Both the position numbers and the translations under genes were made by a program. From NCBI GenBank assembly GCA_043821445.1, contig JBDRCT010000003.1:5440-69439 (forward strand): 64,000 nucleotides of DNA, in the 5' to 3' direction. Under the pieces are notes generated by a model. It was given only the letters and a program-made list of their open reading frames with translations. It was not told the DNA's origin and ran no database searches. This DNA comes from Candidatus Omnitrophota bacterium. GTDB taxonomy: Bacteria > Omnitrophota > Omnitrophia > Omnitrophales > Aquincolibacteriaceae. Below are positions 22,266 through 29,848 of this stretch, one piece after another (position 1 is the stretch's first letter; each line of letters starts with the position of its first letter).

Positions 22266-23363
22266 TCAGATTGCCAGATAACCCACCTTGACGGCGTAAC
22301 GGACCAGCGTCTTTAGAAAGGCGTGGTCGGTCTTCGGCATCGGGATCCCGGTACCGCGCAGGATCTCGCGGGTATTGGTGGTATCGAACGTAAGGTGCCC
22401 GTTCAAGTAGCCCAGATAAGGCTCCATCATCGCGAAGACCATTTGCTCTTGCGCTCCCATTTTGCTTTTTTTAAAATACTTCGGGTCGATCACCTCGATC
22501 GGAGGAATGGTCGAATATTCCTCTTCTCCCACCTGTAAGAGCATGCCGATTGAAGGCGGCTTGGACGCCACCACATGGAAAGTCTTATTAATGCTCCGCG
22601 GATTTTTAATGATCGCACAAGTCGCCCGGATCACGAAATCAATAGGCACAATATTGAACGTGTTCTCACGATGTGTGGGGATCTTTGAAAGAACTCCGTG
22701 AGCGAAAAGCTTGATGAAAGGATAGATCACATTGAAATCCGAGACTACGCCGGTCTCGGAATGGCCTACCACAATGCTCGGACGGATGATCGTGACCGGA
22801 AGACCCTTCGTCATTGCTTCGCGTACCTTGGTCTCGGCCTTGTATTTACTCGACTCATAGTAATTCGCAAACACAGGTTTGGCCGGAAGTTCATCCTCTT
22901 TGGAACAATGGTCCCACACGCTCCCGGCCACGAACGCTGTACTGAAATAGACGAACCGCTCAAGTTTTCCTTTTTTACGAAGATCCCAAGCCAGTTCGAG
23001 CGCGTGTTCCGTGCCTCCCACATTGATCTGCTGACATTCCTTTTCGGTCCCGTTCAAGGCCGTAAGTGCCGCAATGTGATAGAAAACCTTGCACTCGCGT
23101 TCCAGGTATTCAAGCTCAGTTTTTTTGATCCCAAATTTGTGATGGGTCACGTCCCCTTCGATCACATGGATGCGGGAACCCAGATGAGAATTAATGTCGA
23201 TCGAAGTAAGGATCTTTTTGACCCGCTCCAAATGGGAAGCGCGGTTCTTCGCGCGGGCCAGGAGCGCGATCTGGGCATTGGTGGTCCGGAGCAGTTCCTT
23301 GACAAGCTCCTGACCCAACACACCGGTGGCACCGGTCATAAAGATCACGTTATGCGTCATCAT
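22266..23363 (-). CDS. thioester-reductase-type SDR (NAD_binding_4 / fatty acyl reductase-like)
   Basis: 365 aa. Rossmann motif FMTGATGVLGQEL, YxxxK YESSKYKAE, FSTAFVAG and IRPSIVVG. These are characteristic of terminal reductase domains and acyl-CoA/ACP reductases. Confidence 0.7.
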   Translation of the reverse strand: MMTHNVIFMTGATGVLGQELVKELLRTTNAQIALLARAKNRASHLERVKKILTSIDINSHLGSRIHVIEGDVTHHKFGIKKTELEYLERECKVFYHIAALTALNGTEKECQQINVGGTEHALELAWDLRKKGKLERFVYFSTAFVAGSVWDHCSKEDELPAKPVFANYYESSKYKAETKVREAMTKGLPVTIIRPSIVVGHSETGVVSDFNVIYPFIKLFAHGVLSKIPTHRENTFNIVPIDFVIRATCAIIKNPRSINKTFHVVASKPPSIGMLLQVGEEEYSTIPPIEVIDPKYFKKSKMGAQEQMVFAMMEPYLGYLNGHLTFDTTNTREILRGTGIPMPKTDHAFLKTLVRYAVKVGYLAI

Positions 23364-24657
23364 ATCTCCTCAAAGCTAAACAAATGTTCTGACCTCCGAA
23401 CCCGAACGAGTTGGAGAGCGCTATATTCACATCCGAGCGCCGGGCCGTGTTCGGCACATAATCCAGATCGCACTCGGGATCCGGTTCTTCATAGTTGATC
23501 GTCGGCGGGATCACGGAATTACGCATGGCCATCAAACAAATAATCGCTTCGACCCCACCGGCCGCCGCGATCATGTGCCCGAGCATGGATTTCGTCGAGC
23601 TCACCGGAACTTTCGACGCGAAAGCGCCCATCACTTTTTTGATGACGAGGGTTTCCAGCAAATCGTTCACGGCGGTGGAAGTCCCGTGCGCATTAATATA
23701 ATCAATATTCTGAGGTCCAACGCAAGCTTTTTCCATAGCAATTTCCATAGCTCGTGCCGCGCCGCGGCCTTCGGGGTCCATATCCGTAAGACGGTATGCG
23801 TCCGCCGTCGAACCGTAACCCACGATTTCCCCATGGATCAGAGCCTTGCGCCTACGTGCGTGCTCCAGCTCTTCCAAGATCAACACCCCTGCGCCTTCGC
23901 CGATTACGAACCCATCCCGTTTTTTGTCGAACGGCCGCGAGGCTTTCTCAGGCTCCTCATTGCGGGTGGAAAGCGCCGTCAATAAACTAAATCCTGCAAC
24001 CCCCATCGGATAGATCATGGAATGGGAACCGCCTGCCATGATAACGTCGGCATCACCGCGCTTTATCCATTCAAAGGCTTCTCCGATCGCCTGTGACGAC
24101 GCCGCGCACGCCGTCAAACAATTCGAAACCGGCCCGCGAATATCAAAAAGACGTGTCAGGTGTGTCACGGTCATGAAGGGCTGATTTTCGAGCTCCCGCA
24201 AAGCACTCATATTCTTGATCGCCAATTGAAGATATTTCCCTTTATCTACAATGTCGGCGCCCCCGACGTTATCTTTCGTAAAAGACGGAACCAAAGTTTT
24301 AATGAACGGACCGAAATCAATCCCGCTGTCGCCTGCGCCAAAATAAATACCGAAACGGTTTGGATTTACGGCAAGCGGTTCCAGGCTGGCGCCTTTGTAA
24401 GCCTCCGCGGCGGCCTGAAGCGCGAAGAAAGTGCTCCGGCTCGCACAGCTGAGCGGCGGATTGCGCTCAAGCCATTTTTCAAATGAGAATCCCTTGACCT
24501 CACCTGCGATGCGCGTCGGAAAACGGCTCGCATCGAAAAGAGTAATGGGACCGATCCCCGACTTTCCTTGTGTCAAACGAAGCCAGGTATCACGCACCGA
24601 ATTTCCAAGGGGTGTGACGGCACCCATCCCAGTAACTACCACTCTACGCTTTAACAT
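23350..24657 (-). CDS. beta-ketoacyl-ACP synthase (KS-alpha, FabF-like; active-site Cys and both His present)
   Basis: 435 aa. TACAASSQAIGEA (Cys), NAHGTSTAVND (His), GHMIAAAG (His). Confidence 0.9.
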   Translation of the reverse strand: MLKRRVVVTGMGAVTPLGNSVRDTWLRLTQGKSGIGPITLFDASRFPTRIAGEVKGFSFEKWLERNPPLSCASRSTFFALQAAAEAYKGASLEPLAVNPNRFGIYFGAGDSGIDFGPFIKTLVPSFTKDNVGGADIVDKGKYLQLAIKNMSALRELENQPFMTVTHLTRLFDIRGPVSNCLTACAASSQAIGEAFEWIKRGDADVIMAGGSHSMIYPMGVAGFSLLTALSTRNEEPEKASRPFDKKRDGFVIGEGAGVLILEELEHARRRKALIHGEIVGYGSTADAYRLTDMDPEGRGAARAMEIAMEKACVGPQNIDYINAHGTSTAVNDLLETLVIKKVMGAFASKVPVSSTKSMLGHMIAAAGGVEAIICLMAMRNSVIPPTINYEEPDPECDLDYVPNTARRSDVNIALSNSFGFGGQNICLALRRYDDA

Positions 24658-25937
24658 TTTTTAAATACCAGGGACGCGTTTTGGCCGCCCAATCCGAATG
24701 TGTTCAGAACGGCCACGTTGACTTGGCAAGATTTCGCTTTATCCTTGACGAATGGCAATGAACATTCCGGATCCGGGCTCTCAAGATTGACGACCGGAGG
24801 CACCTGTCCCTTTTTCGTGGTCATGGCCGCAACCACCGCCTCCACGCTCCCGGTTCCATAAACCAGATTCCCGGTCACGGGTTTTACCGCGGTGACGTGA
24901 AGCTTTTTGAAAGTGGAGGCATAAAAAGAATGGACTGCGAGCGACTCCTGGACGTCCTCCTGCGGAATGCCGCTCCCGTTCGCCACAAGGACATCAACAT
25001 CCGCGGGTTCGAGCGCGGCATCTTCGAGGGCCCGGCGGATCGCCACGCGCTTTCCCGTAAAGTCATCCGAATCGCGCGGATCATAATTAAAATCCGAGGA
25101 GGATCCATACCCTACGATTTCAGCATAGATCGATGCCCCACGCTTTTTCGCACTTTCAAGAGATTCCAAGACCAAGATCCCCGCACCTTCTCCCAGCACG
25201 ATCCCGTCGTGTTTTTTGTCAAAAGGACAATAAGCTTTTTCAGGCAGCTCTTCGCGTGTCGAAAGAAGACCGAGAAGCTGGAAACGCGAGATCCCCATTG
25301 CGTTAAGCTTAGAGTCCGTGCCGCCCGCAAGCATGATGTCCGCATCCCCGCGCTCGACCACGCGGTACGCTTCTCCGATCGCTTGCGTGCCCGCGGCCGA
25401 AGACGTCGTGATGGTATTGTTCGGCCCCCGGAGCTGATTCGCAACGGAGATATGACAGGCCGGCATATTCGGGAGATATTTCAGGAACCAGAGAGGAAAA
25501 AGCGAGCGGATGCCATCTTGCCCGAACTTGGTCATGGAGAAATGTCCGTTCTCATCCAGACCATTCCTGAAGCCCACCCCAATTTCGTCGAGGTCGTTAT
25601 TGATGACCCCGGTCCCCAGCGTCACACCGATACGTGTGGGATCATAATGTTCCGGAGAAAGCTTGGCGTCTTTAAGCGCGAGGCGGCTTGCGGCAACGGC
25701 CATTTGGATCTCGCGGGACATCAGCTTGATGGATTTGCGGTTCTCGATGAATTCTTTCGGTTCGAACCCGGACAACATCCCAGCATATTTGAAAGAGGGA
25801 CAATGGAGCCTAAGAGGATCGGAGCTCTGGATCGCGGAACGCCCGTGAAGCGCAGCATCCCAGTAAGGTTCCCAGCCGTTCCCGCACGGCGTGATAACCC
25901 CGAAACCAGTGATCACGACACGGCGTTTTTTAGTCAT
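24651..25937 (-). CDS. KS-like chain-length-factor (CLF/KS-beta) partner
   Basis: KS fold. Active-site Cys replaced (TTSSAAGTQAIGEA) and both catalytic His replaced (LVANGSGIP; GNLVYGTGS). Start taken at MTKKRRVV (ATG 25937). 7-nt overlap with the KS-alpha gene. Confidence 0.8.
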   Translation of the reverse strand: MTKKRRVVITGFGVITPCGNGWEPYWDAALHGRSAIQSSDPLRLHCPSFKYAGMLSGFEPKEFIENRKSIKLMSREIQMAVAASRLALKDAKLSPEHYDPTRIGVTLGTGVINNDLDEIGVGFRNGLDENGHFSMTKFGQDGIRSLFPLWFLKYLPNMPACHISVANQLRGPNNTITTSSAAGTQAIGEAYRVVERGDADIMLAGGTDSKLNAMGISRFQLLGLLSTREELPEKAYCPFDKKHDGIVLGEGAGILVLESLESAKKRGASIYAEIVGYGSSSDFNYDPRDSDDFTGKRVAIRRALEDAALEPADVDVLVANGSGIPQEDVQESLAVHSFYASTFKKLHVTAVKPVTGNLVYGTGSVEAVVAAMTTKKGQVPPVVNLESPDPECSLPFVKDKAKSCQVNVAVLNTFGLGGQNASLVFKKC

Positions 25938-26016
25938 GATTACCTGCGCATTGTTTGATCCAGGACAACCATGACTGTCTGAGTCGCCCTGCATAAAGAA
26001 AAAAAAGACTTGGACA

Positions 26017-26532
26017 TCATGACGGTTGGTCGCCCTGTGTTATGGGCCGTCCCTCGATCTTGTTTTGAAGGATGGACGAGCCTCGCTCCGCTTCGCGAGC
26101 GGGTGGAAGGATCTTCTTGCGGATATTAAAATAATCCATGAAAGCCTCGTGAAATGTGATGGACTTCGTCTGCTCCGCGGAAAGACCGCTCACCGCCATG
26201 AGCAAAAGTTTCGCTCGTGCCACCAATCCTTCAGCACATGTGATCGTCGCTTCCAACCAGCCGCCTTCGGCCCCAAGACTTTCGGACCAAGCCTCGATCT
26301 GAAGGGGGGTGCCGGACTTCGGAATCTTTGTGATGGTCGCGTTTTCGATCTTTGCAAAAATGAGATCTTTTTGGTAATCACTTTCCGCACCGACCAAAAG
26401 ACCGCCGGTCTGCGCCATCATCTCAATAAAGAGAACTTCCGAACTATAGGGAGCTCGGGGGACTTTGGCGAAAGCAACGGCCTTTTCCCCTTTGCGGATC
26501 GAATAGACTTCTTCAAGAAGAAGCCAACGCAT
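26017..26532 (-). CDS. hotdog-fold (FabA/FabZ-like) dehydratase
   Basis: 171 aa. Single hotdog domain with the FIEMMAQTGGLLVG core. Embedded between the CLF and PPTase genes. Confidence 0.55.
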   Translation of the reverse strand: MRWLLLEEVYSIRKGEKAVAFAKVPRAPYSSEVLFIEMMAQTGGLLVGAESDYQKDLIFAKIENATITKIPKSGTPLQIEAWSESLGAEGGWLEATITCAEGLVARAKLLLMAVSGLSAEQTKSITFHEAFMDYFNIRKKILPPAREAERGSSILQNKIEGRPITQGDQPS

Positions 26533-26533
26533 G

Positions 26534-26974
26534 TTATCTCCAGATCATGGCCTGTGCGCCCACCAGGTCCCCGCTCCGGAAAAAATGCCCTTCCCCACGA
26601 TAAAGCTTCTTGGTGCGCCCGGTTCGCCATTCCATCTCAAAGTGATCGCCTCCGCATCGTTTCATCCGCATGTCTTGAAACCCCTCGAGCCCCATCCAGG
26701 CTTCACCGCATGCCTTGAAAAACGCTTCCTTGGCCGTAAAAAGTTCGGCAAATCCTTTCAGGGAAAGGTGATTGAAGGAACGGCGTTCCGAGAAATTCAG
26801 GAAACGCTCACGAACATAACCCCTGTGGCGAGAAAGGAATTGCCTTATACGATTGCGGGACACCAGATCAACACCCACGCCGCACAGTTTGGCGGGCCGT
26901 CCCACGATCGTTTTTTGAAAGCTGGACGAACCTTGTCCCAGACGGCGGGAGGATTTTCGTTTTACGAGCAGCAT
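26534..26974 (-). CDS. AcpS-type 4'-phosphopantetheinyl transferase
   Basis: 146 aa. GVGVDLVSRNRI (Mg/CoA site) and FTAKEAFFKACG (AcpS signature). True start may lie downstream of the tracked ATG. Confidence 0.7.
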   Translation of the reverse strand: MLLVKRKSSRRLGQGSSSFQKTIVGRPAKLCGVGVDLVSRNRIRQFLSRHRGYVRERFLNFSERRSFNHLSLKGFAELFTAKEAFFKACGEAWMGLEGFQDMRMKRCGGDHFEMEWRTGRTKKLYRGEGHFFRSGDLVGAQAMIWR

Positions 26975-27375
26975 TGATCGGAGCAGGAATTCTTGCCTAA
27001 GCGATCACTGAGATAACGAAGGAGCATCTTTACCGTAAAACAATCCGCCAACTTCGTGATCTGCGGATCTTTGGTGAATTCTTCAAGCTCAAGATAAGGG
27101 AGCTTCACGCGAAGTTCCGCAAGACCTTCCACCGTGACCACGCCTTCCCTCACGAAACGCTCATCATTTAAAAGATGGCTCGGAAAAAGATCGCCGGCTG
27201 GGATCTTGAGATCGAAAGCCTTTTCAAGGCGGAAAACGATATCGATAAAATCGATGGACTCCGCGCCAAGGTCCCGCTTCAGGGAAGCTTCCGGTGTGAT
27301 CTCGGATTCATCCACACCCAGCGCGCCAGCAAGTGTTTGCTGAACTTTCGTAAAGAGCTCTTTCTCCATGATCAT
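26962..27375 (-). CDS. acyl carrier protein with C-terminal extension
   Basis: 137 aa. ACP motif DLGAESIDFIDIV (Ser attachment site), followed by an extra ~60-aa tail ending with a Cys-rich SCSDQCCS. Confidence 0.8.
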   Translation of the reverse strand: MIMEKELFTKVQQTLAGALGVDESEITPEASLKRDLGAESIDFIDIVFRLEKAFDLKIPAGDLFPSHLLNDERFVREGVVTVEGLAELRVKLPYLELEEFTKDPQITKLADCFTVKMLLRYLSDRLGKNSCSDQCCS

Positions 27376-27397
27376 TCTAGCTTCCTTCCTAAGTTGT

Positions 27398-27826
27398 CTA
27401 TGACAATGCGGATGATTGCGGGTTCTTCACTCTGGCCAAAGTCAACTTGGCCGATACGGCGACATCGCCGTGGTAAAACAACTTCGCATCCCAGGTCGTT
27501 TCCTCGCCCTCGCTTTGCGTGAGCATGAGCCGGCTTTCCCATTCGTCGCCGGGCCTGAGATATTTCGTGAACCGGGTCGCGCGGATTTGCTTCAAAAAAT
27601 AATGCTGCCCCTCACCGCTCGCGATCGATGCCAAATACCGCTCTGCGGTCTGTTTAAGCATCTCAAGTGCCAGCACTCCGGGCAACACGGGAAATCCTGG
27701 AAAATGATCTTTAAAGAATTCGGAGTCTTCAGGAATACGGCCGCAGGCCGTAATCCCCTCTCCTTCTTTTATCCAAAGGACCTTTTCGATCGCAAGCGCT
27801 GTCATGATTAAAACTCCGGGAAACAA
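27398..27826 (-). CDS. FabZ-like 3-hydroxyacyl-ACP dehydratase
   Basis: 142 aa. Canonical HFPGFPVLPGVLALEMLKQ motif. Confidence 0.85.
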   Translation of the reverse strand: MFPGVLIMTALAIEKVLWIKEGEGITACGRIPEDSEFFKDHFPGFPVLPGVLALEMLKQTAERYLASIASGEGQHYFLKQIRATRFTKYLRPGDEWESRLMLTQSEGEETTWDAKLFYHGDVAVSAKLTLARVKNPQSSALS

Positions 27827-27873
27827 CCAACGTGGAAAGGGAAACGATTTTGATTTGCGACCGGCGTTCCCCG

Positions 27874-28503
27874 TTATCCGTTACTCTCTTTTTCCAAAAC
27901 ATAGATCCCGTTCAAAATTCGGAATCCCGAAAGCCAAGTATAAAAACTTTTAAAAGAACTGACTTCAAAACCAGCCGCTTTAAAAAACTCCTGCCACTCG
28001 CCATCCTTACGAAACTGATGCGGATGTGCCATGAATTCCACATTCAAAAGCCTGTCACGGCAAATGGTCCAGAACCGGCCGGCTGCATGATGATAAAGGT
28101 CCTCTACGACCACGACCTTCTGGCGCGTCACTCGCCGCACTTCTTTGAAAAGCGCCTGCGGATCCTGCGCGTGATGAAGCATGGTCATGAGAATCGTCAC
28201 ATTAAAACTTTGATCCGGGAACGGGATCTTGACGCCATCATACAGCACCACCGGCGCCTTCCGATAACCGGGGCTTACAACATCCAGAACCAGATGCTCA
28301 TGCCCCCGCGTCTTGAGAGGCCCGGCATAAAAACCCCAACCGCCGCCTAGATCCAGAATCCGGCTTTTCCGAGGGATCCGATTTTCAAAAAGCTGGACGA
28401 TCTTTTCTGCCCGGGTCTCAAGAGCGCTATGAGCGAAATACCTGACAATTCCGTCCAGCACCCGGCGCTGAAAGACCTGCAGATGATTCTTAATGATGTT
28501 CAC
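27874..28503 (-). CDS. class I SAM-dependent methyltransferase
   Basis: 209 aa. Motif I ILDLGGGWGFYAGPL. First gene of the lipid operon. Confidence 0.75.
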   Translation of the reverse strand: MNIIKNHLQVFQRRVLDGIVRYFAHSALETRAEKIVQLFENRIPRKSRILDLGGGWGFYAGPLKTRGHEHLVLDVVSPGYRKAPVVLYDGVKIPFPDQSFNVTILMTMLHHAQDPQALFKEVRRVTRQKVVVVEDLYHHAAGRFWTICRDRLLNVEFMAHPHQFRKDGEWQEFFKAAGFEVSSFKSFYTWLSGFRILNGIYVLEKESNG

Positions 28504-28554
28504 AATCTCGCTTGCAATAGTTTTTGAGCGTGAAATTATAGCATAGGCCTGTTT

Positions 28555-28674
28555 CCGCCCAAACTTTTATTTCTTTTCCATAAAGGTAGTCTGGACGGCC
28601 CCAATCTCAGCTAGGCTTCGATTGATAGGTATTGGGACCGCCCAAACTTTTATTTCTTTTCCATAAAGGTAGTC
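28555..28674. repeat. duplicated 37-bp element (two identical copies, 83-bp pitch) plus a second duplicated 17-nt motif in the leader of the lipid operon
   Basis: ccgcccaaacttttatttcttttccataaaggtagtc occurs at 28555-28591 and 28638-28674. tggacggccccaatct occurs at 28592-28607 and 28756-28771. A short palindrome ccctca/tgaggg lies at ~28730-28750. Confidence 0.75.
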
Positions 28675-28795
28675 GGCCCTGACTTTCCACTAGCTTTTTT
28701 GATGAGGAAGCCAGGACAGTCCCAACCAACCCTCAAATTAACCTGAGGGTCGGGGCTGGACGGCCCCAATCTTAGCGACGCTTCGCCCCGCTTCT

Positions 28796-29290
28796 TTATC
28801 GGGTAGAAGATCGGGGAAAAAGGTCCGTCTTGAGACAAGTCACATGATCGATAAAAAGAACGCCCTCCAGATGATCGACCTCATGCTCCACGCAAATCGC
28901 TTCAATCCCGGTGCTGATCTTTTCCTGGAATTCGCCGCGTTCGTTCTGCCAGCGAAAGCGGACCCACTTATGACGCTTCAGGAACGCCGTGTAATCCGGA
29001 AAGCTCATACAACCCTCCTTGCGCGCTTCCGGCTCTTTTTTTTCAAGGATCACGGGATTGACAAGGACGAGACGTTTTGTCCTCGGATCGCGTTTCGAAA
29101 CATCCACGATCGCAACGGCCTTCGCAACCCCGATCTGTGGCGCGGCAATCCCTATCCCGTGCGGTTGGCTTTTCATGGCACGAACCAAAGCAGCCACAAG
29201 CTTCAAGAGTGAACGGTCGAATACTGTGACCGCTTGTGTTTTTTTTCTGAGGATAGGATCGGGAAAAGTCCGGAGAAGAATGGGTTTCAT
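28796..29290 (-). CDS. def: peptide deformylase
   Basis: 164 aa. GIGIAAPQIG, EGCMSFP and HEVDHLEG motifs. Confidence 0.95.
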   Translation of the reverse strand: MKPILLRTFPDPILRKKTQAVTVFDRSLLKLVAALVRAMKSQPHGIGIAAPQIGVAKAVAIVDVSKRDPRTKRLVLVNPVILEKKEPEARKEGCMSFPDYTAFLKRHKWVRFRWQNERGEFQEKISTGIEAICVEHEVDHLEGVLFIDHVTCLKTDLFPRSSTR

Positions 29291-29296
29291 TGGAGA

Positions 29297-29848
29297 TTAT
29301 AAAGAAACACGTTCCAAGGGTTTGACCTGGATCTCGATCTTCAACTTTCTCGAGACATTCGCTAAAAGAGTTTTGAGCTCCGCCAGAACTCCTTTATCCG
29401 GGACATCCACTTCCAAGAGCATTGCGTAAGTGGTCTTGGCGCCCTTGCCTAAGATCCGGCTGTCGAGATCCGTAATGTTGACACCCATCCCCGCCAACGC
29501 GCGGCTCACTTCATAAACGATCCCGGTACGGTCCTTGCCGAATGCAGTGATCATGCAGGGAAGAGAGCCTTTTGCATGTTTTTTCCCACGTGGGATCTTC
29601 CCTTTCAACTCGGTCACATGACAATCCAGGGACCAGGGAATGCCCCTCAAGAGCTCCAAACCTTGCAGCACACGAACCCAAGACACAGGCGACGGAAGGC
29701 AGGCGGTCATCATCATGACGAATCGCCCTTCCAAAAGAGTCATGCTAATATCCTCAAGATTACATCCCCGGGCGAACAAAAGACCGCTTACTTTGGCGAT
29801 GATACCAGGCTTATCTTTACCACTGACCGTGATGAGGATTTTTTTCAT
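29297..29848 (-). CDS. tandem ACT-domain regulatory protein (GcvR-like)
   Basis: 183 aa. Two ACT repeats (ILITVSGKDKPGIIAKVS...; MITAFGKDRTGIVYEVS...). Confidence 0.6.
   Translation of the reverse strand: MKKILITVSGKDKPGIIAKVSGLLFARGCNLEDISMTLLEGRFVMMMTACLPSPVSWVRVLQGLELLRGIPWSLDCHVTELKGKIPRGKKHAKGSLPCMITAFGKDRTGIVYEVSRALAGMGVNITDLDSRILGKGAKTTYAMLLEVDVPDKGVLAELKTLLANVSRKLKIEIQVKPLERVSL

Noticed and set aside
22698-23498. Long plus-strand ORFs antisense to minus-strand genes (e.g. 22698-23498 266 aa; 24897-25958 353 aa; 26026-26718 230 aa; 35833-36765 310 aa; 13428-14135 235 aa; 11972-12781 269 aa; 3075-3596; 6345-6944).
   Set aside because: Each lies entirely inside, and antisense to, a gene with clear conserved motifs (KS, CLF, RNase E, ClpC, etc.). 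Their translations are low-complexity Arg/Pro/His-rich, typical of shadow ORFs, and none has a recognisable motif.
28504-28795. Considered a degenerate CRISPR array or tRNA in the repeat-containing intergenic region.
   Set aside because: Only two repeat copies with a non-uniform spacer. No cas genes and no cloverleaf-compatible structure.
28650-28838. 62-aa minus-strand ORF in the def / lipid-operon intergenic region.
   Set aside because: It lies across the duplicated 37-bp element and overlaps the def 3' end. It has no RBS and Pro/Gly-rich composition. The region is more plausibly regulatory.
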